Shown in pieces: positions 54,801 through 64,000 of a stretch of 64,000 nucleotides of DNA. The stretch's first letter is position 1. Each line of letters opens with the position of its first letter. The position numbers were made by a program, and so were the translations under genes. The notes beneath the pieces were generated by a model, which had not been told where the DNA came from, ran no database searches, and saw only the letters and a list, made by a program, of their open reading frames with translations. Location of the stretch: the NCBI GenBank assembly GCA_964016885.1, contig CAXHJY010000075.1, forward strand, positions 124,001 through 188,000, given 5' to 3'. This DNA is from Eledone cirrhosa. Its lineage: Eukaryota.

Positions 54801-55245
54801 GTGCATCTAAGATCCCGTTCCAGTCGCCCACTAACACTAAAGAGCGGGACGTTCCAAGAAAGGTCTCCAGACGCCGGAAGAAATCAGGCCGCCCTGCTCC
54901 TGTCGGGGCATAGACGGCCACTAACCTGAAAGCTTGCACGTCTCCGCTGGTCACGTCCAGCACCACCAACTTACCTTCTGGGTCCAGGAAGATGGCCCGT
55001 ATGGCAAGATCCAAACCTCTCCGAAAAAGCACAGCAACTCCTCCCCCCGATCCCGGACGGCTGGGAGATGCGTACACATCGTAGCCGCCGAAGATCGGTG
55101 CGAAAGCCTGTGCTTCGGAGATTCTGGTCTCGCTGATGGCCACTACATCTATGTTTAGTGACCTAAGGTCGTTGAGCAGGTGGCCCTGCTTCTAAGACGA
55201 CTCCAAGTCACGCGCATTTATGCTGCCTATTCTGAGTGAGGTCAT
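51827..55245 (-). pseudogene. Tx1 copy a ORF2 (APE-RT-zinc finger) with one early TAG and one homopolymer frameshift near 53710
   Basis: ATG at 55245 (MTSLRIGSINAR); ORFs 53704-55143 and 51827-53659; GDWN, SYLDR, TDH, RQGCPLS, YADD, CPRC..HALVQC. Confidence 0.92.
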
Positions 55246-55284
55246 GTTGAAAAGGAGTGGAAAAGATGGGAAAGACCACTTACC

Positions 55285-57268
55285 TTACTTCTCGTAGGGG
55301 AAGCACGGTTTTTCCATCCTTTTCACTGCTTGTGGCCTCCTCAGGAAGGATGTCCTTATAAATCCTCCTGGAGAGTACTTGTCGGAAGTCTCCGATGTCT
55401 TTGGGGAATTTTTTTTTAGTGTCATGTACGTTTTCTGTGTGATGCGAGTGATTTGTATGTGTGGAGGTGGTGTGAATTTTGGGGTTGTTGTGTAGTCTTT
55501 TTCTGTGATGCTGGTGTTGTGTTGGATGTAGTGTAATAGTTGCTTGTTGTTCAAATTTAATGCTGTGTAGTGTGTATCGTTTTGGTTGTTTTGTTTTGTT
55601 TGCGTTTGTTGTGGGTTTGTTTCTGTTTCGCATTTTGGTGACTTTTGTGGTGTAGGTGATGGTGGTGTTGGGGTTAATGATGGTGATGGTGTTGGTGTTT
55701 GGGTTGAGGGGGTTGGTGATGTTGGTGTGGATGGTGGCATATCTGTCCTAACTTTTTTGTTTCTTAATTTATTTGTTTCCCTCTGTATTTTGTTTTTGGA
55801 GGGGGAAGGAAGAGAATTTTTTCTTTTTTGGTTTCTTTTTTTTTTCCGGATATCGTTTCCCACTCCTCGTCGTCACAATCTGTCTCCAGTTGTGATAGGC
55901 CGGGGAGTGGAAAATCCTCCACAGGCGTTAGTTTTGGTTGTGGCGTGGTGGATGGTGTAGGCGCTGGTGCTAGTTCTGAAGTGTTGGGTGGTGGTGGTGT
56001 TGGTTTTTCTGGTGGTGGTGGTGGTGTTGGTTTTGCTACTGTTGCTGGGGTTGTTGCTGTTATAGTTGCTTCTGTTGTTGCTGCTACAGTTGTTGCTGCC
56101 ATCTCTGCTACTGGTGGTGTTGATGGTTGTGTCACTGGAGTGGGTAGGAGAGGTGGCCTCAACCTTTTAGCCTGAGGGCAGAAAGCCCTTAGGTTGGTTC
56201 CTTCACCACAAACGACACACCTAGGTCTTCTGCCCTCGACAATTACCGTGAGGTGGCTGCCGTCAGTGAGGTCTATTACCTCTGGGATCTCCTCAATGCT
56301 TTTTTGGTCCGCTTGGATCAGGAGCTCCATCCCAGATCCGGACCAGTTTTCCTGCTTATCTTTTGCTATTGCTATTATTTTCGTGTTGGCTTCGATGCCG
56401 GCGAGGACGGCCGCTATTAGCCAGGGAATTTCGATGGCCGGTGGAACGTGGGTCACCCTGATCTTTACGAGTCTCTGGCCACAATAGCTTGGGACGAGTG
56501 TGAAGTCGTCACTTCTTAATGGGGCCATGGAGTGTTCTCTAGCCTCCTCTGGTGTTTCAAAGAACACGTCCACGGTTCCATACTTTTGCCCACGTCTGAT
56601 GTGGGTTTTTCTTGCCCACACATGTCCCAAAGCTTTTTGGATTTGGGACTCGGATGCCCGTTCCACTCGGCGCGATTTTACATTTATTTTCGATACGACA
56701 CTGTGCATAGGCGCCGATGCTCCATTTTATTAAGTGGGGGGGGGCTGACCCTGTACCCATCTTTCTTTACCATTTGTCTGGCATTTTCTAAATCCTCCTG
56801 AGTTACCGTAAATGCTTCGAACTGTTTGGCTACTCTGGCGAAACTGAGGGTGGTTTTTATTATGTCATTGTTTTTGTTGTTGCTATCGTTATTTGTGTTA
56901 ATATTAATTTTAGTTTCAGTTGTGGTGGTGGTGACGTCAGTCGTCTTTGGTGGGGAAGAGTCCATTTTGCTTGATTTCATTTCGACATCACGAGTTAATT
57001 TATTTTTTTCTTCTTTTGTTTCTGTTGTCGCGGTGGTGGTGGGGGTGGTGGTTGTCGCGGTGGTGGTGGTGGTGGAGGCTTTAACACCTGCAGTCATTGG
57101 TAATGGCGGGAAATGAATGTCTGCCTGAGACAAATTTAAAATATTGCTACTGCTTATATTTTTTGTCGTATTGGCAAACGTAGTAACATTTACAATGGTG
57201 GTGTCGGTGTGAGGTGTTAATTTGTGAGGAAGGCTTTCAGCTGCTTGGTGCAGAGGTGAATTAGCCAT
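55285..57268 (-). pseudogene. Tx1 copy a ORF1 with two homopolymer frameshifts
   Basis: ORFs 56684-57268, 55764-56708 and 55285-55863; EGRRPRCVVCGEGTNLRAFCP knuckle. Confidence 0.85.
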
Positions 57269-57501
57269 TTTTTTTCAAAGAAATTTTTTGATAATAATAA
57301 AGGTTTAAATTTTGGGCACAAGGCCCCAATCTTTTTGGGTGTCCTTTTCGGAAAACAATGTATGTGGGCTTATATATGGTTAACAATAAACATTTTCCAT
57401 AAATGGCAATTTTTAACAAACGGAAATAACAAACCTTTGCGGAGCACACGATGATACGATTTACTACGTAGGTCGCCAATAATAATAATAATAATAATAA
57501 T

Positions 57502-60500
57502 GTTTTCTTTATTAACCACAAGGGTTTACATAAAGTAGACATTAAGGAGAGTACAGGACAATACAGGACGGTACAAATGGGCATTTCTGCGTGTAAAAAA
57601 CAGAGGATGAAATAAAATAACGAAGAAAAATTCCCCAATAGGGGGGAGACTTCCGAGGGACATTTGTGGAGAAAGACCATTAAAAAACCACAGTGACCCT
57701 GACCACCAGGGCAAGTGCCCTCTCCAGTTTTCCACCTTTAATTTACAGACACATACTCAGAGTAGGCCCATTCACTCGGGCCATACTTGTCTCTCCCAAC
57801 AAAATCCATCTTTCAACAAAATGCTGGGAAGAGAGCACTTCCCTCTCTACCCTGATTTTCCTTTTCAAATGAAATTTGAAAAAGTTAATCAGGGCATCAC
57901 CGAAGAGGTAAGTGCTCGTCTTCAGCCCTTTCAAACGTGTCCACCATACTATCTCTTTCGCCATGGCCACCAGACAGATAAAAACTGCCTGCCCTTCAAG
58001 GCTAAAGGAAGGGGGCGGGGCAATCCTCACGATGGACTCAGCTGACAGCTGGATCCGTCCTACACGTGACAGCAGTGGTTCGACATAAACCCACAAGTCA
58101 GCAATGCTCGGACACTGGACGAGTGCGTGCAGAACGGTTTCGTCGCCCTGCGCGCATCTCGGACATGCCCGGCTGACGGCACCTCCATTCCTGTAGAGTT
58201 TATCCCGAACTGGCAAAGTTCCCCGGTAGCACTGCCAGGCCAGGGATTTCTGGAAGTTGTCCATAGGCCCCGGCCCGAAAGTCCTTCCGAAGAGATTGGC
58301 TAGTTGATTTTCGTCGACGCCTAGAGTTTCTCCAGGTACGACGTCGCTCTTCCCCTCCACTAACCCTCTATAGAACGCCAAGGTGGAGTTTCCACCGATC
58401 ACATTGCCCGATTGGTCGAGGGCTGTGAGCGCCTGAAGACATTCCAGTCTCCAAGCGCTCCCTCTCGGTCTTCGCTTGACCCAGGACTGCAGCTCCGTCA
58501 AGGAGACGAGCTGGGGTAAGACGCGTCTAGCAAGCGGCGACCACACCTGATCACCGTTGAGGAAGAGGTGGAGATGTCGTAGCCTGAGCGCGTGTCTGCG
58601 CATCATCAGCCACGGCATTCCCAGCCCTCCACGTAGCGGGTGTTGACAGAAGATGGACCGCCTGACCATCGGAGCGCGTCCCTTCCACAAAAATCGAAAG
58701 AGCAGACGCTCCAGCGCAGTCAGGCCGGGCTTAGAACAAGGTACGAGTGTCAGGCGGTAGTAGATGACGGACGCGATGTACGCGTTAGCCACCTCCGCTC
58801 GACCTTTCAGGGATAGCTGCCTCTCCGCCCATTTCTGGGTGAGAGAAGCCACCCTGTTCGTCACCTCGTTCCAGTTTTTGTCCGTCTGGGGGTCCGGACC
58901 GAACAAAACCCCTAGCAATTTAACCGGTCTGTCCGTCCAGCACCCGACGACGCTGTTGGACGGTATGGACCTGCCTCTCCAGGTGCCTAGCTGCAGGCCC
59001 ACTGACTTTTCCTGGTTGATCATTGCTCCTGTCACCGCTTCGTATTCTCTTAGTGTAATGCCGATCGCCTCGATATGTTTGGCGTTCGACACCACTACGG
59101 TGATATCGTCCGCATATGCTGACACGTATCTTCCGCATCCTAATTCACGCGGGACCCCCCTCAACGTCTCCAGTTTGTGCAGTAATAGCTCGAGAGTCAA
59201 TACGTACAAGAGGGACGAGAGGGGACATCCTTGGCGGACTGAGCGCATGATGTTGAGCGGTTCCGAAAGGTGACCGTTCACTCTCACCACAGAACAGATG
59301 TCGCTGTGCATGGCAGCGATCCAGCCTCTGAAGACGGGCCCAAAGCCAGCCGCCCTCAGGACTGCCGCTAGGTAACGATGGTCGACCCTATCCAAAGCTT
59401 TCGACTGATCTAAATTGATCAAGGACCCACCCGTGCCAGGTTCCCTAGCTACCCGCTCTACGATGTATCGCATGAGGTGGAGGTTGTCGTGGATGGATCT
59501 GTCGGGAATGTCGCACGTCTGCGCCTCTCCCACCAGACCACCAACGAAAAGCGCCAACCTCTTTGCTAGCACCTTGGCCAAAATCTTGAACTCTGTGTTT
59601 AGCAGAGTTATGGGCCTGAAATTATCTATGTTATCCCCCTTGTTCGGATCTTTTCTCAGCAGCGCAACAGCTCCTCGTCTCACAGAGCTGGGAATTCTCC
59701 CGTTCTGTTGCCAGTTGCAGTAGACCACCGCCAAGAGGCCTCCGAACATGTCTGGCATTTGTACGTAAAGTTCATAGGGCAGACCATCTAAACCAGGCCA
59801 TTTTCCCCTTGTGCAACCAGTCATTGCCTCCCGTACTTCAGCGGCTGTTTTCGGCTTTTCGTAACACTCCGCCTCAGTAGCCGAGTACGTTTTCTGTGTG
59901 ATGCGAGTGATTTGTATGTGTGGAGGTGGTGTGAATTTTTGGGGTGTTGTGTAGTCTTTTTCTGTGATGCTGGTGTTGTGTTGGATGTAGTGTAATAATT
60001 GGTTGTTGTTCAAATTTAATGCTGTATAGTGTGTAACGTTTTGGTTGTTTTGTTTTGTTTGCGTTTGTTGTGGGTTTGTTTCTGTTTCGCTTTTTAGTGA
60101 CTTTTGTGGTGGTGTTGGGGTTAATGGTGGTGATGGTGTTGGTGTTTGTGGTGATGGGGTTGGTGATGCTGGTGTGGATGGTGGCATATCTGTCCTAACT
60201 TTTTTGTTTGATAGTTTATTTGTTTCCCTCTGTATTTTGTCTTTGGAGGGGGAAGGAAGAGAATTTTTTTCTTTTTTGCTTTCTTTTTTTCTTTTTTCCT
60301 GATACCGTTTCCCACTCCTCGTCGTCACAATCTGTCTCCAGTTGTGATAGGTCGGGTAGTGGAAAATCCTCCACAGGCGTTGGTTTTGGTTGTGGCGTGG
60401 TGGATGGTGTAGGCGCTGATGCTACTTCTGGCGCGTTGGGTGGTGGTGTTGGTTTTGCTACTGTTGCTGGGGTTGTTGCTGTTACAGCCGCTTCTGTTGT

Positions 60501-61045
60501 TGCTGCTACAGTTGTTGCTGCCATCTTTGCTGCTGGTGGTGTTGATGGTTGAGTCACTGGGGTGGGTAAGAGAGGTGGCCTCAACCTTTTAGCCTGAGGG
60601 CAGAAAGCCCTTAGGTGGGTTCCTTCACCACAAACGACACACCTAGGCCTTCTGCCCTCGACGATTACGGTGAGGTGGCTGCCGTCAGTGAGGTCTATTA
60701 CCTCTGGGATCTCCTCGGTGCTTTTTTGGTCCGCTTGGATCAGGATCTCCATCCCAGATCCGGACAATGGTGGTTTCGGTGTGAGATGATAGTTTGTGAG
60801 GAAGGCGTTCAGCTGTGAGTCGGCCATGATTTTTCAAAGAAATTTTTTCTTTTGTTTGATAATTATAAAAGTTTAAATTTTGGGCTCAAGGCCCCAATCT
60901 TTTTGAGTGTCCTTTTCAGAAAACAATGTATGTGCACTTATATACAGTTAACAATAAAATGTTTCCATATATGGCAATTTTAAACAACTGAAAATAACAA
61001 ACCTTTGCGGAGCTCACGATAATACGATTTACTATGTAGGTCGCC
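57502..61045 (-). mobile_element. Tx1 LINE copy b: both termini intact, two internal deletions
   Basis: Same 5' and 3' ends as copy a; lacks copy a 56344-57195 (approx.) and 53962-55425 (approx.). Confidence 0.93.
57743..60328 (-). CDS. Open frame fusing the ORF1 C-terminus to the ORF2 RT and zinc finger; no endonuclease
   Basis: 861-codon stop-free frame; junction ITRITQKTY|SATEAECYEK; YADD intact. Translation unproven. Confidence 0.55.
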   Translation of the reverse strand: MTTRSGKRYQEKRKKESKKEKNSLPSPSKDKIQRETNKLSNKKVRTDMPPSTPASPTPSPQTPTPSPPLTPTPPQKSLKSETETNPQQTQTKQNNQNVTHYTALNLNNNQLLHYIQHNTSITEKDYTTPQKFTPPPHIQITRITQKTYSATEAECYEKPKTAAEVREAMTGCTRGKWPGLDGLPYELYVQMPDMFGGLLAVVYCNWQQNGRIPSSVRRGAVALLRKDPNKGDNIDNFRPITLLNTEFKILAKVLAKRLALFVGGLVGEAQTCDIPDRSIHDNLHLMRYIVERVAREPGTGGSLINLDQSKALDRVDHRYLAAVLRAAGFGPVFRGWIAAMHSDICSVVRVNGHLSEPLNIMRSVRQGCPLSSLLYVLTLELLLHKLETLRGVPRELGCGRYVSAYADDITVVVSNAKHIEAIGITLREYEAVTGAMINQEKSVGLQLGTWRGRSIPSNSVVGCWTDRPVKLLGVLFGPDPQTDKNWNEVTNRVASLTQKWAERQLSLKGRAEVANAYIASVIYYRLTLVPCSKPGLTALERLLFRFLWKGRAPMVRRSIFCQHPLRGGLGMPWLMMRRHALRLRHLHLFLNGDQVWSPLARRVLPQLVSLTELQSWVKRRPRGSAWRLECLQALTALDQSGNVIGGNSTLAFYRGLVEGKSDVVPGETLGVDENQLANLFGRTFGPGPMDNFQKSLAWQCYRGTLPVRDKLYRNGGAVSRACPRCAQGDETVLHALVQCPSIADLWVYVEPLLSRVGRIQLSAESIVRIAPPPSFSLEGQAVFICLVAMAKEIVWWTRLKGLKTSTYLFGDALINFFKFHLKRKIRVEREVLSSQHFVERWILLGETSMARVNGPTLSMCL

Positions 61046-61081
<36 letters not shown>

Positions 61082-64000
61082 TTCTTTATTGGCCACAAGG
61101 GCTGACATCAAGAAAAAACATTACAGACGGCACAGGAAGGTACAGGACGGTACGATGTGGGTTTTGTACGTGTAAATATTTTTATTATTTATATAAGAAA
61201 AGAAAAGAAAAGGACATAGAAACATATATATATATAAACAATAAAAATGAAAATTGAAACAATGAAAAATTCCCCAATAGGGGGGAAACCTCCGAGGGTT
61301 ACTCGTGGCGAAAACCACACAAAAGACCACGGCCACCCTGACCACCAGGGCAAGCGCCCTCTCTCAATTTATCCATCTCTCAAACTACAGACGTATATTC
61401 AGAGTGGTCCCGTTCACTCGGACCATTCTCGCTACATTCACCCACCTTTCAACAAACTTGCTAGAAAGCAGCACTTGCCTCTCCACCCTGATTTTCCTCT
61501 TCAAGTGAAACTTGAAAAGGTTAATTAGGGATTCGCCGAAGAGGAAAGTGTCTGTCTTTAATCCTTTTAACCTTGTTCACCACACAACCTCTTTCGCCAT
61601 GGCCACCAGGCAGATGGAAACCGCGCCTGCCCTTCCTCCTCGAAAGAAGACGGTGAGACCATCTACACAATGGACTCAGTCGACAACCGGATCAGTCCTA
61701 CACGCGACAGCAACTGTTCGACATAGCTCCACAAGTCAGCAATGCTCGGGCACTGAACGAGTGCATGCACGACGGTTTCGTCGCTCTGCGCGCATCTCGA
61801 ACAGGCTCCCCGGTAGCACTGCCAAGCCAGGGATTTTTGGAAGTTATCCATAGGTCCCGGGCTGAAAGTTCTCCGGAAGAGAGCAAACAGGTGATCTTCT
61901 TCGCGCCCAGGATCTCTCCAAGAATGTCGTCGCTCTTCCCCTCCACTAGTCCTCTATAGAACGCCGAGGTGGATGTTCCACCGATACTGGTGCCCAGCTG
62001 ACAGAGGGCAGTGAGCGCCTGGAGACATTCCAGTTTCCAAGCGCTATCCCTCAGTCTTTTTCTGACCCAGGACTGCAGCTCCGTCAAGGAGACGAGCTGT
62101 GGGCAAACGTGCCTGGCGAACGGCGACCACACCTGTTCACCATCAAGGAAGCACCAGAGATGTCGCAGCCTCAGCGCATGTTTGCGCATCATCAGCCATG
62201 GCATGCCCAGACCTTCACACAACGGGTGTTGACAGCATATGGATCGTTTGACCATGGGAGCGCGTCCCTTCCACAAAAAGCGGAAGAGGAGGCGCTCCAT
62301 TTTGGTGAGAGTTGGGCTGGAGCAAGGGACGGCCGTGAGGCGGTAGCAGATGACGGATGCGATGTACGCATTCGCTACCTCTACCCGGCCTTTCAGTGAC
62401 AGCTTCCTCTCGGCCTATTTCTGGGTGAGGGAGGCGACCCTGCTCGTCAACTCGCTCCGGTTTTTCTCCATCTGGAGGTCCGATCCGAACCAGAAACCGA
62501 GAAATTTAACCCGTACGTCCGTCCAACGCCCCACGACGCTGTCGGATGGCATGGACTTGCCTCACCAGGTGCCGAGCTGCAAGCCCACCGACTTTTCCTG
62601 GTTTATCTTTGTTCTTGTCACCGCTTCGTATTCCTTGAGAGCGGTGCCAAGTATCTGGACGTGTCTGGTGCTCCACACCACCACGGTGACGTCGTCAGCG
62701 TAAGCCGACTCGGATTTCCCGCACCCTAGTTCGCGTGGGACGCCCCTCATCGCCCCCAGTTTGTGCAGTAACGGCTCGTGAGCCAATACGTATAAGAGGG
62801 ACGAGAGGGGACAACCCTGGCGGACTGAGCGCATGATGCTGAACGGCTGCGACAGGTGACCGTTCACCCTCACAACTGAGCAGATATCGCTGTACATTGC
62901 TGCGATCCAACCCCTGAAAACGGGTCGGAAACCGGCTGCCTCGAGGACCGCCGCCAGGTACCGATGGTCGACCCTATCAAATGCTTTGGATTGATTCAAG
63001 TTGATCAGGTCCCCACCCGTGCCAGGTTCCTTAACCACCCTCTCTATGATGTATCGCATGAGGTGGAGGTTGTCGTGTATGGATCTGTCCGGAATGGCGC
63101 ATGTCTGCGCCTCTCCCACCAGACCCTTGACGACAAGCACCAAACTCGTTGCTAACACCTCGGCCAAAATCTTGAACTCTGCGTTTAGCAGGGTTATGGG
63201 CCTGAAATTATCGATAACATCCCCCTTGTTCGGGTCTTTTCTCAGCAGTGCCACTGCTCCCCGGCTCACAAAACTGGGAATGCTCCCGTTCTGCTGCCAG
63301 TTGCAGTAGACGTCTGCCAAGAGGTCACCGAACAAGTCTGGCATAAATGCATAAAGCTCGGGCAGACTATCTAAACCTGGCGATTTACCCCTCATGCAGT
63401 TAGCCGTATTTCACCGGCTGTATTTGGCTTTTCGCAACACTGTGCTGCGGTCGTCGAGAACCGAGGCAGTCCGTCGAGGTATGCACTGAAGTCCATACAC
63501 CGATCCGGCCCGCCGCCGCTCCCGAACAGTTCAGCAAAGTGCTGTTGAAAAGCCTCACACATCTCCTCGGGTTCGAGCAACACGCACCCGTTTTGGTCAG
63601 AAAAAGACCGAATTGTGGCTTTGTTGCCACGTCGCGCCTCTGCCACCCGGGGCCATTGGACGGATTTCGTCCCATCGTGTTTCAGAGCACGCGCTCTAGC
63701 TCTGACAACGCACCCTTCGTGTTTTGTGTTGAAGAATTGATCGAGTGCCAATCTCGCCGCAAGCACGTCGGTTGCGATGCCTGTCCTAAACGCCTCTTCT
63801 AGCTTTCTGACCAGCTCTCTCTCTACTCTATTTTCCTCTATCGCTACTCCTTTGCTAAACCTAATCGACTCTACTTTAATTGCTATTTTCAGGGCAAACC
63901 ACCACCTGTTGTTGGCGACTGCTCCCGTCAACGCCCGCTTAACTAATACGCTAATCCGGTCTCTGTAGGCTTTGCGCGCCGGGAAAGACGCGTGCATCTT
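61082..64000 (-). mobile_element. Tx1 LINE copy c, a more diverged subfamily, running off the window; ORF2 frameshifted
   Basis: ORFs 63392-63997, 62562-63395 and 61698-62300 with RT motifs; 3' CCCTTGTGGCCAATAAAGAAA then (TTA)n. Confidence 0.9.

Larger units (their letters stand above)
51583..57477 (-). mobile_element. Full-length Tx1 LINE (copy a)
   Basis: 5' GGCGACCTACG, ORF1, ORF2, 3' CCCTTGTGGTTAATAAAGAAAAC then (TTA)n. Confidence 0.94.

Noticed and set aside
57420-57477. HDV-like ribozyme explaining the precise Tx1 5' end
   Set aside because: I could not build P1, P3/L3 and P1.1 in the required order
55764-60328. Programmed frameshift in Tx1 ORF1 at the A-rich run
   Set aside because: Copy a needs -1 and copy b needs +1, which points to independent homopolymer indels or errors
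59880-60770. Copy b deletions as spliced-out introns
   Set aside because: Junctions do not follow GT...AG; one shows only 2-nt microhomology

Overview
Gene-poor, repeat-dense animal genomic DNA. The tRNA-headed SINE family and the (TA)n/(TATG)n density suggest an octopus or other cephalopod (inference; no search run). I cannot support any host gene. The window is a mosaic of transposable elements, mostly inserted into microsatellites. Retroelements: a full-length L1/Tx1 LINE with a 20-bp TSD; a 16-kb minus-strand head-to-tail train of Tx1 LINEs and SINEs joined by (TTA)n; several Penelope-like elements (Nematis/Neptune-like and Naiad-type) inserted as fold-backs, some with hammerhead ribozyme motifs; R4/Dong, RTE, CR1 and CRE LINE fragments; and about 15 SINE copies. 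DNA transposons: Chapaev3, Buster-type hAT, Merlin and a Tc1/pogo MITE. The four most interesting signals are (i) three PLE fold-backs with an invariant 53-nt unpaired tail, (ii) two fold-back breakpoints inside the hammerhead CUGAUGA box, (iii) the (TTA)n-linked Tx1/SINE train, and (iv) a terminal motif shared by the SINE 3' end, the Tx1 3' end and the Tx1 5' UTR. Family names come from motif recognition by eye, and many boundaries are approximate.
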